Positions 14,020 through 27,163 of a DNA stretch of 64,000 nucleotides are shown piece after piece (positions within the stretch are counted from its first letter, which is position 1; each line of letters begins with the position of its first letter). The stretch comes from Oculina patagonica. Taxonomy: Eukaryota. The translations under genes were made by a program, and so were the position numbers. The notes beneath the pieces were generated by a model, which worked only from the letters and a program-made list of their open reading frames with translations, ran no database searches and was not told the DNA's origin. Where the stretch lies: positions 19,716,001 through 19,780,000 of the forward strand of contig NC_135763.1 in assembly GCF_052425735.1 (NCBI RefSeq). The letters run 5' to 3'.

Positions 14020-15100
14020 TTTGCCTTGCACTCACATATAACGCTTTTAGTTTACTTGTTACTTTGCCGTGCGCTTACATAGTAAGGTTTTGACTTCGTG
14101 TTACTCTTGTTGTGCGCTCACATTTTCGCAGGTGTTATTGCTGTGCTATTGCAAATGACGTTTTTTAGCCTGCTTGTATTAGCCGCATGCGGTCACAACT
14201 GTGCCATACCTACTTTTCACAGTTGACATGCGTTAACCTATTCGTTACATTCATTTTAAACATCTGCCGTGAGCTCACAACTGGTATTTTTTAGCCTGCT
14301 TGTTACAGTTGCCGTTCGCTCCCAAGTGTATGTTTGTAGCTTACCTGTTCAAGTCGACTTACGCTCTCTAGTGAGCAAATAGCAAAGCATTTACAAACAT
14401 TTTTAAGGCTATTGCTGTGCTCTTACAACTGATGTTTCTAGCCTACTTTTATAAGTTGTCGAAGTTTTGTAGCCTAGTTATTACCGTTGCCATGCGCTCA
14501 CAAGTGACGCGTTTCAGAGTTCTTGTTTCCAGTTTCCGTACGCTTACAGTTAGTTAACGTTACAATGGAACTTTTGTGACCTTATTTTTTAAGTTGCTGT
14601 GTGCTCGCAAATGACTTTTTCAAGCCAACTTGTTGAACATTCTGTGCGGTCACAAACGATGTTATTTCGCCTACTTGTTACGTAGAGGAACCATTAATAT
14701 ATCATTGCCGTTTGCTCATTAATAAAGTTCTGTAGTCTTCCTTTTTATTGTAAGCATGCATTCAAACATATCTCTTTTTCTTTTATATAAAAAACAACTT
14801 TTTTTAGTAAACTAAGGTACGTTCACAAGTCACGTTTTATAGCCACTTGTTACAGTTGCCCTTTGCTCGCAAATGACGTTTTTTAGTCTACTCTTTGCAG
14901 GGGGCTGCAAGCTCACAAATGACGTCTTAGCTTTCTTGTTACAGTCGCTGTGTGCTCAAAAAGGACGTTTTTAATCTACTTTTACATTTCCTATGGAATA
15001 TCATGCGAATTTTCTAGCCTTGTTGTTACAGTTCCTTGTTATAGTTGTCTCCAAATGATGTATTTTTAGCCTACTTGTTATAGTTGCTGTGCGCCTACAA
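14020..15100. repeat. Degenerate ~42-44-bp satellite (similar tracts at ~5660-6160 and ~16290-16760)
   Basis: Recurrent GCTCACAAATGACGTTTT..CTACTTGTTACAGTTG variants. Confidence 0.75.
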
Positions 15101-15139
15101 AATGGCAAGGTTATAAAAAAAGTAGTTAATAGCCTACTG

Positions 15140-16025
15140 ATTGCACATATTACACCAGTTTTAAACTTTTTACGTTGGCTACCGGTCAAATTTAAGATAG
15201 ATTTTACTGAAAGCTATTTTATTAACGTTTAAAGCAATTTGTGGCCTTGCCCCAAAATACATCTGTCAACTGATTACCATTAAATGTAGAAACGTATATG
15301 ATCTTCCATCTTCAAGAGGTTTGTGTCTGCAGCCGCCAAAATGTATGACTAAAAATGACTAGCAGACCGTGCTTTTTCGGCGGCTGCTCCGAAATTATGG
15401 AACAATTAACCCCAAGCGTTGCGTAACTAGGCTTTTATAGATTGTGCTCCTAAAAGTGGCATATTATGCTACTAGCAGTGCTCAAAATTTTGCCAAATTA
15501 TGCAAAAATTATGCCAGAATTCCCAAATTATGCTTCTGATTTCCGAAATTATGCTCACAAAATGACGTAGATTCTATACATAGAGGTGCGCAATAACGAC
15601 ACCAAATTATGATGTTTTTTAAATAAACTGTTGTTGTAAATTTATTTGTGTTTATGGCAGTTTATCACGGCCGTCAGCTGTCCAAATTAGCTGCTCGCAT
15701 CTCTAAACCGTTTGTAAAATGCCTCCAACGACTTAACAATCACAATTGTATAGCTAAAACACGCATTGCAAGAACAAACTACCTAAATTTCATTTATTTC
15801 TGTGGAAAGTACACCATATTTACTACATTTTATGAATTTATGCTCCAAAAAGTGCTAAAAATTGCTAATTATGCCGTGGCAGTGCTCGTTTCACAAATTA
15901 TGCTTTTTAGCTCCAATTATGCCAAAAATTCTGCTAGCACAATCTATAAAAGCCTATGCGTAACGAGAGAAATATTAATAGCTTCAAATCATTGTTAAAG
16001 ACATACTTTTTAGAAAAGCGTATAA
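15140..16025 (+). mobile_element. 3' fragment of a CR1/L2-group LINE, interrupted by a hAT MITE
   Basis: Degenerate translation HITPVL..WLPVKFKIDF..GLAPKYICQLI..ADRAFSAAAPKLWNN..NSFKSLLKTYFF, typical of the ORF2 C-terminus. Confidence 0.75.
15428..15956. mobile_element. Non-autonomous hAT element
   Basis: TIR TAGGCTTTTATAGATTGTGCT / AGCACAATCTATAAAAGCCTA, with 8-bp TSD TGCGTAAC at 15420-15427 and 15957-15964. Confidence 0.9.
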
Positions 16026-16769
16026 ATAGATTTTATTTCACTTGATATTTACTTACCCTTAGTTTCATATTTGTTTTCTTGTTAAATTTTTATATACTTT
16101 CTTTAGATTTTTTTTCTTTAGATGTTTTAGTATTTTTAACGTCGTTTTCATCAATTTGTTTAACTTTGTGATGCGCATTTGATCATTTTTACATGTATAA
16201 TTTGCGCACGAGAAAATATCATTATTATCATTATTATTTTTATTTTTTATTATTATGATTATTATTATTTTATTGATGTGCAATTACGAAAAACGTCTTC
16301 TACCTACTTGTTAAAGTTGCGTGCAGGCACAACTGTATTTTTTGTAATTTATTGATTACAGCCGTTTGGTCAACCAGCCATACGCTCTAAAATGATATTT
16401 TTAGACTACTTGTTACAGTTTCCCTGCGCTGACAAATGATGCTTACCTTACATTTGTGGCGCTCATAAATGACGCAGTTGCCGCGCCTCAAAGAAGACGT
16501 TTCTACACTGAGGGGCCGTTTTTAGCAAAGTTCTTACTGTGGCCGCGCGTTTAGAAATGATGTTAAGGGCTGTCTAGTTATCACAATGTTTGCGCTTGCA
16601 TGAGGGTGTAAGCTTAATTTTTAGAATGACCTTCTCTCGCAAATGACGTTTTCACCCTACCTATTTTTCCTTCCGTACGCCTCTGAAAGCCCACATGTTA
16701 TTGCCTTGCACTAGGAAATGCCACTGCAAGCCGACTTATTACAATTTCCGCACGAACAATAGAGAGTTT

Positions 16770-19700
16770 ACAAATGGCGCATTACCCAACTTGTAACAGT
16801 TCATGCGCACACAATAAAGAGTTCACAAATTGCGCATTACCCTACTTGTTACAGTTCCTGCGCACACAATAAAGAGTTCCCAAATGGCGCATTACCCTAC
16901 TTGTTAAAGTTCCTGCGAGCTCAATAAAGAGTTCACAAATGGCGCATTACCCTACTTGTTACAGTTCCTGCGCATTCAATAAAGAGTTCACAAATAGCGC
17001 GTAACCCTACCTGTGACAGTTCCTGAGCGCTCAATAAAGTGTTCACAAATGGTGAATTACCCCACTTGTTACAGTTCCTGCGCGCTCAATAAAGAGTTCA
17101 AAAATGGCGCATTACCCTACTTGTAACAGTTCCTGCGCGCTCAATAAATACTTCACAAATGGCGCATTTCACTACTTGTTCCACTTCCTGCGCTCTCAAT
17201 AAAGAGTTCACAAATGACGCATTACCCTACTTGTTGCACTTCCTGCGCGCTCAATAAAGAGTTCACATATCCCGCATTACCCTACTTGTTGCAGTTCCTG
17301 TGCGCAAAATAAAGAGTTCACAAATGGGGCATTACCCTACTTGTTGCACGTCCTGCGCGCTTAATAAAGAGTTCACAGATGGCGCATTACCCTACTTGTT
17401 GCACTTCCTGCGCGCTCTATAAAGGGTTCACTTATCGCGCATTACCCTTTTTGTTACAGTTCCTGCGCGCTCAATAAAGAATTCACAAATGGCGCATTAC
17501 CCTACTAGTTGCACTTCCTGCGCTCTCAAAAAAGAGTTCACAAATGGCGCATTACCCTACTTGTTGCACTTCCTGCGCGCTCAATAAAGAGTTCACATAT
17601 CCTGCATTACCCTACTTGTTGCAGTTCCTTTGCGCAAAATAAAGAGTTCACAAATGGGGCATTACCCTACTTGTTGCACGTCCTGCGCGCTCAATAAAGA
17701 GTTCACATATCGCGCAATACCCTAAATGTTACAGTTCCTGCGCGCTGAAAAAAGAGTTCACAGATGGCGCATTACCCTACTTGTTGCACTTCCTGCGCGC
17801 TCTATAAAAGGTTCACTTATCGCGCATTACCCTTTTTGTTACAGTTCCTGCGCGCTCAATAAAGAGTTCACAAATGGCGCATTACCCTACTTGTTGCACT
17901 TCCAGCGCTCTCATTAAAGAGTTCACAAATGGCGCATTACCCTACTTGTTCGACTTCCTGCGCGCTCAATAAAGAGTTCACAAATGGCGCATTACCCTTC
18001 TTGTTGCACTTCCAGCGCTCTCAATAAAGAGTTCACAAATGGCGCATTGCCCTACTTGTTGCACTTCCTGCGCGCTCTATAAAGGGTTAACAAATGGAGC
18101 ATTACCCTACTTGTTGCACTTCCTGCGCGCTCTATAAAAGGTTCACTTATCGCGCATTACCCTTTTTGTTACAGTTCCTGCGCGCTCAATAAAGAGTTCA
18201 CAAATGGCGCATTACCCTACTTGTTGCACTTCCAGCGCTCTCAATAAAGAGTTCACAAATGGAGCATTACCCTACTTGTTGCACTTTCTGCGCACTCAAT
18301 TAAGAGTTCACAAATGGCGCATTACTCTACTTGTTACAGTTCCTGCGCGCTCAATAAAGAGTTCACAAATGGCGCATTACCCTACTTGTTACAGTTCCTG
18401 CGCGCTCAATTAAGAGTTCACAAATGGCGCATTACCCTACTTGTTACAGTTCTTGCGCGCTTAATAAAGAGTTCACAAATGGTGCATTACCCTACTTGTT
18501 ACAGTTCTTGCGCGCTTAATAAAGAGTTCACAAATGGTGCATTACCCTACTTGTTACAGTTCTTGCGCGCTCAATAAAGAGTTCACAAATGGCGCATTAC
18601 CCTACTTGTTGCACTTCCTGCGCGCTCAATAAAGAGTTCACATATCGCGCATTATCCTACTTGTTGCAGTTCCTGTGCACAAATTAAAGAGTTCACAAAT
18701 GGGGCATTACCATACTTGTTGCACGTCCTGCGCGCTCAATAAAGAGTTCACATATCGCGCATTACCCTACTTGTTAAAGTTCCGGCGCGCTCAATAAAGA
18801 GTTCACAGATGGCGCATTACCCTACTTGTTGCACTTCCTGCGCGCTCTATAAAGGGTTCACTTATCGCGCATTACCCTACTTGTTGCAGTTCCTGCGCGC
18901 TCAATAATGAGTTCACAAATGGCGCATTACCCTACTTGTTGCAGTTCCTGCGCGCTCAATAAAGAGTTCACAAATGGCGCATTACCTACTTGTTGCACTT
19001 CCTGCGCGCTCTATAAAGGGTTCACTTATAGCGCATTACCCATCGTGTGACAGTTCCTGCGCGCTCAATAAAGAGTTCACAAATGGCGCATTACTCTACT
19101 TGTTACAGTTCCTGCGCGCTCAACAAAGAGTTCACATATCGCGCATGACGCTACTTGTTACAGTTCCTGCGCGCTCAGTAAAGAGTGTACATATCGCGCA
19201 TTACCCTACTTGTTACAGTTCCTGCGCTCTCTATAAAGAGTTCACAAATTGCACATTACCCTACTTGTTACAGTTCTTGCGCGCTCAATAAAGAGTTCAA
19301 AAATGGCGCATTACCCTACTTGTTGCACTTCCTGCGCGCTCAATAAAGAGTTCACATATCGTGCATTACCCTACTTGTAACAGTTCCTGCGCTCTCAATA
19401 AAGAGTTCACAAATGGCCCATTACCCTACTTGTAACAGTTCCTGCCCGCTCAATAAAGAGTTCACAAATGGCGCATTACCTTACTTGCAACAGTTCCTGC
19501 GCGCTCAATAAAGAGTTCACAAATGGCGCATTACCCTACTTGTTGCACTTCCTGCGCTCTTTGTAAAGAGTTCACAAATGGCGCATTACCCTACTTGTGG
19601 CACATCCTGTGCGCTCAATAAAGAGTTCACAAATGGCGCATTACCCTACTTGTTACAGTTCCTGCGCTCTCTATAAAGATTTCACAAATGGCGCATTACC

Positions 19701-20020
19701 CTACTTGTTACAGTTCCTGTGCTCTCAGTAAAGAGTTTAAAAATGGCGCATTACCCCACTTGTTACACTTTCTGCGCGCTCAATAATGAGTTCACAAATG
19801 GCGCATTACTCTACTTGTTACAGTTCCTGCGCGCTCAATAAAGAGTTCACAAATGGCGCATTACTCTACTTGTTACAGTTCCTGCGCGCTCAATAAAGAG
19901 TTCCCAAATGGCGCATTACCCTACTTGTTACAGTTCTAGCGCGCTCAATAAAGAGTTTTCAAATGGCGCATTACCCTACTTGTTACAGTTCCTGCGCGCT
20001 CAATAAAGAGTTCACAAATG
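16770..20020. repeat. 55-bp satellite array (~59 units)
   Basis: Monomer GCGCTCAATAAAGAGTTCACAAATGGCGCATTACCCTACTTGTTACAGTTCCTGC in head-to-tail tandem with no unique spacers. Confidence 0.97.
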
Positions 20021-20343
20021 TTTTTTTTATTTTTATTTTTGTTTATAGTACTAGTGTCACGCATCACTGGGAATTTTTCTTACCCGCCCTTTTCATCCTT
20101 ATATGCAAAAGTTTTAGATATACACAAGCAAGTGAAAATATCCGATAAAATCGAAAGACGTATCGGAGTCGTCATGGTACCATTTTCAAGTTCTAAAATA
20201 AAAAGAATAAAATGTCAAACTATTAAAATTTTCTTGGAAGAACAGTTTGAGTCAAATATAGAAATTTTAAGTAATCAAATAATTCAAAAGGCTTTTTTAT
20301 TACACGTTGATTTAAAAATTTGGATTGAGTTGTTCAAGACAAT

Positions 20344-20932
20344 GGCTGCGGTCATATCTACGACGTAACTAAATTTCAACTATAGTTAGTCTCAAGTTAC
20401 GTGACGTCATACCTAACTATTGTACACTCATGCAGTTAGCTTTAGCTAGTTCTGATTAGCTTTTGAATAATTTCGAATTTAAATTAGTTCATGACAGTCC
20501 TTTTTGTTGATCTGTGTCTAGTTGTTCCTCTTTTTTTCTATTTTTGCACGACATCTCGGCGTTGAAGAAAATAAAATGAAGTAAGGATGCTAGAAGCCGA
20601 AGAATTCAAGCTTTATTTTTGCTACTATTGGTTATTTTATGTTATTTCTTTTTCCTTCCTTCCCCCCCCCCCTTTTTTTTTCATATTTATGTTTATCTCG
20701 CACGTGCGAAAAGAACTGTCGCATTGTGATTGGGTTTTCGTTTGTAAAGTTAAGACAAACCCATGAGCTCTGCTTTGGTATAACTATAATTAGTCTGTAT
20801 TGTTTTGGATCAGCGAGGCGTAAATTTTCTAACTATAGTTTGGGTGAACAGAGAAGCGGTCACATTACCGAAATAGCTAACTATAGTTAACGCCGTCTTA
20901 ACTATAGTAAGCAGTCTAGATGTGACCGTAGA
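20344..20932. mobile_element. Possible degenerate MITE
   Basis: Imperfect TIR GGCTGCGGTCATATCTA / TAGATGTGACCGTAGAC and repeated subterminal AACTATAGT motifs. Confidence 0.45.
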
Positions 20933-21273
20933 CAAAAACTTTTGTCCTTTCTTGGGTTGAGTTACTCATTATAATTTTCTTTGTTGCATATGTGTGTGTG
21001 GATAAGTACATTTTAATGGAGACATGTTTTCCAAGAGTTTCTTGTTATTGCCAACTAAATGTAAAAAGAGCACTTGGAATGTTTTTGCAGCATCAACATT
21101 CTTTATTCTCAGTTAGTTTTCTCAGTTAGGAATCTGATTGAGTTAAGTGCTCAATTTAAGTAAACAACACTTAACAAAAACGTTTATGAAGCTCCAGACT
21201 AGACGTTATGTTTTTTAATCAACAAGCTCTGCATTTAGTCTTTTGAAAAGTTAAATCACGCGATAAGAATATT

Positions 21274-23617
21274 TCATTGCTGCTCAGTTATCATTTTTTC
21301 CTGTACTTGAATAACACGCGCATTGCGTTGATTGCCTCTTATGGCGTTTGCAACTGATCTTATCCCCGTCGGGCCTCTCTTTTTTCCATCAGCAGAGTCA
21401 CTTTGATTTTCCACCTGGAACTGAGTAACACGGGTGCTGCGTTGTGCACCTCTCAAAGCAAGTGCCACTGATCTAAACCTCGCTAAGCCTCTCTCGTTTC
21501 CATCGGTAGAATCTCCTTGATTCTCTGCCGATAATTGAGTGACACGAGTATTTCCCTGTTTACCTCTCAATGCCCGTGCAACTGACCTAAACCTCGCCAG
21601 GCCTCTCTTGTTTTCATCAACAGCTTCGCTTTCTTTCGTCTCATGCGCATTGCGCTGGGCACCTCTCAAGGCAAGCGCTACTGATCTAAACAGCGTCAGC
21701 CCCCTCTTGATCTCTTGAGCACCGTCGCCTTGATTATTAGCCGGTGCAACTTTGTTGTTAGCCAACAATGCCGCACGCATGCGCTCAAGCTGTTCGGGCG
21801 TGTGCCTCTCAGTGCTGTGATCTACGGCGTGTTCACAGAAGTCAGCACCCAGTCTCTCCTCGTACTCAGAAAACCGGAAATGGATAAACTTGCCGATGAT
21901 GTAAAATTGGGCAAACGCGATAACCGCCGACCAGAGTCCAATCGTTAAACAAGCCAGAAGCTGTACTCCAAGAACCTTTATATGACCACCTTTGAAGACA
22001 CCGTATGTTTCGGAGAAATCCTCCAGGCGGTCTTGCTCGACGAACAAGCCAACAGCCAACATACCCCATATGGACGCGCCAGCATGGGTCGAAATAGCAC
22101 CAACGGGATCATCAATCTTCAGCTTTTCTAACATAAGCCATCCCATCACCGAGATCACGCTGCCAATAAAACCTATGAAAATGCTCTCCCCAGGCCTAGC
22201 AACGGCACAAATGGCTGTGATACTAACCAGGCTCCCCAGTATACCCGACATGAGAGTTGGAACATCGACACGCTTGAAATAAAACACACCGAACAAGTGA
22301 GCAAAGATTCCCCCGCCAATAGAAGCATTCAAGGTGCAAACGGCTGATCGAGATGCAAGTTTCCATTTGCCGCCGCTAACTCCAAACGTGCTGCCGCAGT
22401 TGAAACCGAGCCAGCCCCACCACAGCATGAATGTACCCAGGATAACATTTGTTGGACAGGCCATCTTTTGTTTCATGCCACCGCCAGTAAATTTGTTTCT
22501 ACGCGGTTTTAGTATGATGGTCCCCACTAAACCAGCAACACCACCCACCAAGTGCACGGGGCTGGCTCCACCCACATCGATCACTCCAAGCTCCTTTAGC
22601 CAGCCGTGATTACCCCAAACCCAGTAGGCGGGAAAACAGAAAGCCAGCGTGTTTGTGAACGAGAACACCATGTACGCCTGCAAATTCGCGCGTTCAGCGA
22701 TGGCGCCTGATACGATCGTAGTCGCTGTTGTTGCAAAAGACGCTTGAAAGAAATACAAGGCGAACACACTTCCCATTTTTGACTGGCTTGCGTCGGCAAA
22801 AAAGTTACTTGATCCTGAAAACGAACCATGATCGTCAGATTGTCCCCGACTGAAAGCGAATCCGAACATCCAATAAGACAACCCGCCAAAAATTACATCT
22901 AGGGCGTTCTTGACCATTATGTTGGTCTCATTTTTCTTGGATACCATTCCTGAAGGTAGAAATACGAAAAGCTATTTAGACGTGATCAGTAAGGCAGGAG
23001 GCAACTGACAAAAATGACCCACTTGGGTGTTAAATATTTTCATTTTATTCGACCAAAACCAGAAATGAGACCGGAATTGCATCGGTACCTGTTTGAACAC
23101 ATCAAAGATAATAACTTTGACAAAAAATCACGACGTTTCAAAGACATTTTGTTCTTCAACATCTATTGCCGGTTGTTGAAGAGTGATCAACAAAAATGGT
23201 GTCACGAAATAAGGAAAAATACTAAGCCGGTGCGCATTTAGATGAGACTCGATTGAAAATTATGTTGTGAATGACTACAGTAGCAATATAGAGAACCCTA
23301 AAGGAGAACCCTATGTTTGATTCGGGACCATAATCCCCATTAAAAGGTTTAATAAGCACATTTGCTATGAAAATAAATTATATCTTGTATCTAGTTTTAC
23401 TGAAGTTTTACTGAAATTCTTCACCTAAAGATCTCTTTGTGAACACAGGAATTTTACCTGATTCGACGAGACCAAATCCAGAGATCATGGTAAAAATGAT
23501 GAACGCGCTTGTCAAAATCCACACTGCATCGCCCGGGCCAACTTCACTTGTGCTTGCGGCGATAGTAGAAGGAACAAATGATGGTGTGACATTTGTGGAT
23601 GATATGTTAGTGGCCAT
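21274..23617 (-). CDS. amt: Ammonium transporter A (Amt/Mep family), 2 exons, ~611 aa
   Basis: Exons 23617-23458 and 22949-21274 with a GT-AG intron. Motifs FTMISGFGLVESG, FFQASFATTATTIVSGA, SPVHLVGG, WWGWLGFNCGS and DDPVGAISTH (both pore His present). Confidence 0.95.
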
Positions 23618-25628
23618 CCTGGTTATTTAACTGATCAGGAAAAAAATACTACTGATTTCACGGATTCTGATAATCGCTTCTCTGTATTAACAACACGGTA
23701 AACATGCTATGCCGGTCACCTTGAGTTATTGACTACATGAATTTTTTATAATGTTTTTCGCAATGAGACAAATTTGTTAATTTCTCAAATCACAGTTTGA
23801 CTTGCATATAAGGTTTTCCAACTTTATGAGTTCAAGTTTTGAGTTTTGAAATTGAGTTTCGAACTGTCAGATTGCTGCGCATCCAAAGTGGTCGCTTCTT
23901 GTTTTTTCAGCCTTCATATCGTACTGAAACTAGGCAATTTTAGGGCTGGGAACTTAGAGGATAATTAAGATGCTGCATGGGTCAGCCCTATTTCCTATTT
24001 GAGTCATGAAGATAATCCAATTATTTCTGTTTTTGTTTCCTGCTATCATAAGTCTGTCTCAGAGGGAACAATGGTATATTTTAGCAACAATGAAACTATT
24101 CTTATCGATCGTGAGCCCACCGTTTATTTTAGTCAATGGTATGAAAAGCTTAACAGGAATTCTCGACATTGAGCATATGGTATTCAGCCGACGTCTGTCT
24201 AAACCTTAGTTCAACTCTGTCATTTAAATAATTTATTTATGTGCTTCTCGTGTTTTGTTAACTCAGTTAACTCTCCATAGTGACTGTTTATAAACAACTA
24301 CAGCATGGTAGACAAGCAATTATCATTATTATAATCACTTTGAGGAAAGCAATGGCGATCGATAATACGCTTTATTGTTATTATTTTTCCATTTTTTGAC
24401 TTTAAGCTATATACATATAAACATTTAGCAAACTAGGCTATGAAAAAGTAGGAGATTTGGAAACACATGTGAAATGCTTTGTGTTCTTTGGCATACAAGT
24501 ATTTTTCAAACAGAATTAACGAGCAAGAAACTCGATTTTCTTTGCTAAAAAGCATTTAAAATAATTGTTACGAATTATGGGTAGATTGTTTCAACAAACT
24601 TGCTTTAATAATACACAATTACCACTTTTGTATGAACTCGACGTTAATAACGATTTCTTCTCATCACGAAAATACAAACATTTTTGTATCTTATATACTG
24701 AAATTAACTATACAGTTGAGACGAAAAAATAAATACATCGAATTCGAAAATTAGTCAGAAGAGCCTCTGTCTACGCGATATGCAGAAAATACATAATTCA
24801 ATAAATAAGTCTTTCAATCGTATCCCTTTCAGGTTTTAATGATGATCTCTCACAAAAAATGTTCAGTATTGACTTAATCAATCTTCACCCTTGGAGATAA
24901 TTTTGCCAATAAAAACAAAACTATTCACACGAAAACAAAAGTATCAAATTGAAAGCACAATTATACAAACGATTAAACTGTTCTGTGATATTTGAAATAT
25001 TGTGGCTAATTTTCAGTCGAAGGTTAATATACGAAGCAATGATGTCCTTAATTTGATTCTTGATGCTTATCAAGTTCTTGTAATTGGATGTAAAATAACA
25101 TTGTTACACACTTATATCTTAAAATACGTTGTACATAATTTAAAAATGTTTCTTGTTGATAAATTAAAAGGTTAATTATGTACACTTCGAATGAACGATT
25201 GAAACGTAACCAAGAACGCTGTTTTTCCAATTTACATTTAACTAAATCTCTAAAAAACCTTTAATGAAAAGATATCATTTCGAAAGATTTTTATTTTACT
25301 TGCGTTTTAGAGTTTAGAGTTACGATAAAACAATTAACAGTAGGGGAACATAAGCACGGCATTGCTTGTAAATTGCCTTAAAACATAATGCCTCAAACTG
25401 TTTAAAATACAAAATCACGCATTGCTGTTATCAGCTTTTTACATAGCTTTATTACAAAACATTTTAATTCAAAACGACAAACAATGTGCCCGTTTCCAAA
25501 ACAATATCAAGAAAAGAAAGATAAAAAATATGTCTATTATTAGAAGAAGCCGGAGCACCAACTTTACTTGAAAAATAAGCGTCGAAATCCTGATTTTCCT
25601 CCCAAGGGGACGGCGTTTAGAAAACATA

Positions 25629-27090
25629 ATGACTGAAGCAAGTCCACCAACGGAATTTCCTCTGGAAGGACTCACAGGAAGACCAATAGGTTATGAAGAT
25701 GCTACATGGATCCTTACAAGTGCATTTATTATTTTCACGATGCAGTCTGGTTTCGGTCTTATAGAATCAGGTTAGTGATTTTCAATTTCAGAAATTATAT
25801 TGCTGGAAAAAATTAATTGGTTAGTCAAACCTGTAATGTCCGAAAAACTAAACAATGCTACAAGCTTGAAATCAAATAAAAATACAGGTTTGAGAAATAT
25901 TCGGAGTTCCTTCGAATTCTAAACATGTTATTTCATGCATTTTGAGAACAGGAAACAAAATTATAAATAGAATATATGTTATTATCAAGCTTAAGTTATA
26001 GTTATAATAACGTTTTGGCCAATGATTTGATCTGGCTAACGTTTTAAAGTATGCTATCTCTGAATTTAGCTTGTAAGCAGTACGTAACAGATTTGAACTT
26101 TGTGAAGCATGATAATTCTTAATTCTTGAAATTGTCTTACTCATTTTAAAATAATGACGTCTTATGACGTCTCTTAGCCTGAGAATTTCACAAAGAAAAA
26201 AATTCAGTATGATTTTTTGGCTAAAACATTAAGACCCACTTGAGAAGAAATGGTACAGGTTCTTTTAGAAATATTTGTTAAATAAAACCCCAAAGGATCC
26301 TATCTGCAGTTTGTTGGTCAAGGCTTGCAGTCTTGTTCCCGGTATCATGTCAAAACGTTTCGCATCAATCTTATAAACATAAAAATAAAAATAAAATTGA
26401 AAAAATTAAACCACAGTATAGTCAGTCCATGTGATGTTATTAATTTAAAGAAGTTAACAAGATATTCGGTATTTCCTCCTTGGAGTTTTGAGACATTTTT
26501 AAACTATTTTTTACGCGAAGTTTCTTCCATGTTACTGATAATTAAATTTTTACATCGCAAAGATCCTCAAAAGACAAATTAAATGATTAAAAGAAATACT
26601 TGAGCATTTTACAAGACGTTATGCTTAAAAATATTAAAATTATATTTAACAATTGGCCATGTTCTAAACGAGCAGGGGACTGGGTACGAACATATTTTTT
26701 CTTGGTACGAATATTCAATATCGATTGAATTGAATATGGGGCACGTCATCTGAAAGAGCATCCAAAAATTAGTAAATTTACCGAATTTGATGGTTATTGG
26801 TTTAAACACAAAGACATGGTGCACTTTTAAAATAAGAGAGCTTAGTATGGATTGGAGGACGCCTGTCCCTCCAATCCAAACTAAGTATACCATGCCTTTG
26901 GGTTTAAACCAATAACCGTCAAATTTGGTAAATTTACTAATTTTTGGATGCTCTTTCAGATGACATGACTCATTTTTCAAATCAATCGATATTGAATGTT
27001 TGTACTGAAGAGAAAATATGTTCGTGCCCAGTTCCCCGCTCGTTTTGAACATGGCTAATTAGACTACGAGCCCGAGTTTTCTATGAGCAA

Positions 27091-27126
<36 letters not shown>

Positions 27127-27127
27127 A

Positions 27128-27163
<36 letters not shown>

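Noticed and set aside
16770-20020. CRISPR array
   Set aside because: Units are contiguous 55-bp repeats with no unique spacers, no cas genes are present, and the context is eukaryotic.
17509-20148. ORFs such as MAHYPTCYSSCALNKEF
   Set aside because: They are translations of the 55-bp satellite cycling through frames. The same applies to the ORFs at 6412-6803.
21715-22889. Short ORFs overlapping Amt exons (also at 27.4-30.4 kb and 31.7-34.4 kb)
   Set aside because: Antisense or alternate-frame shadows of the transporter coding sequence, with no independent motifs.
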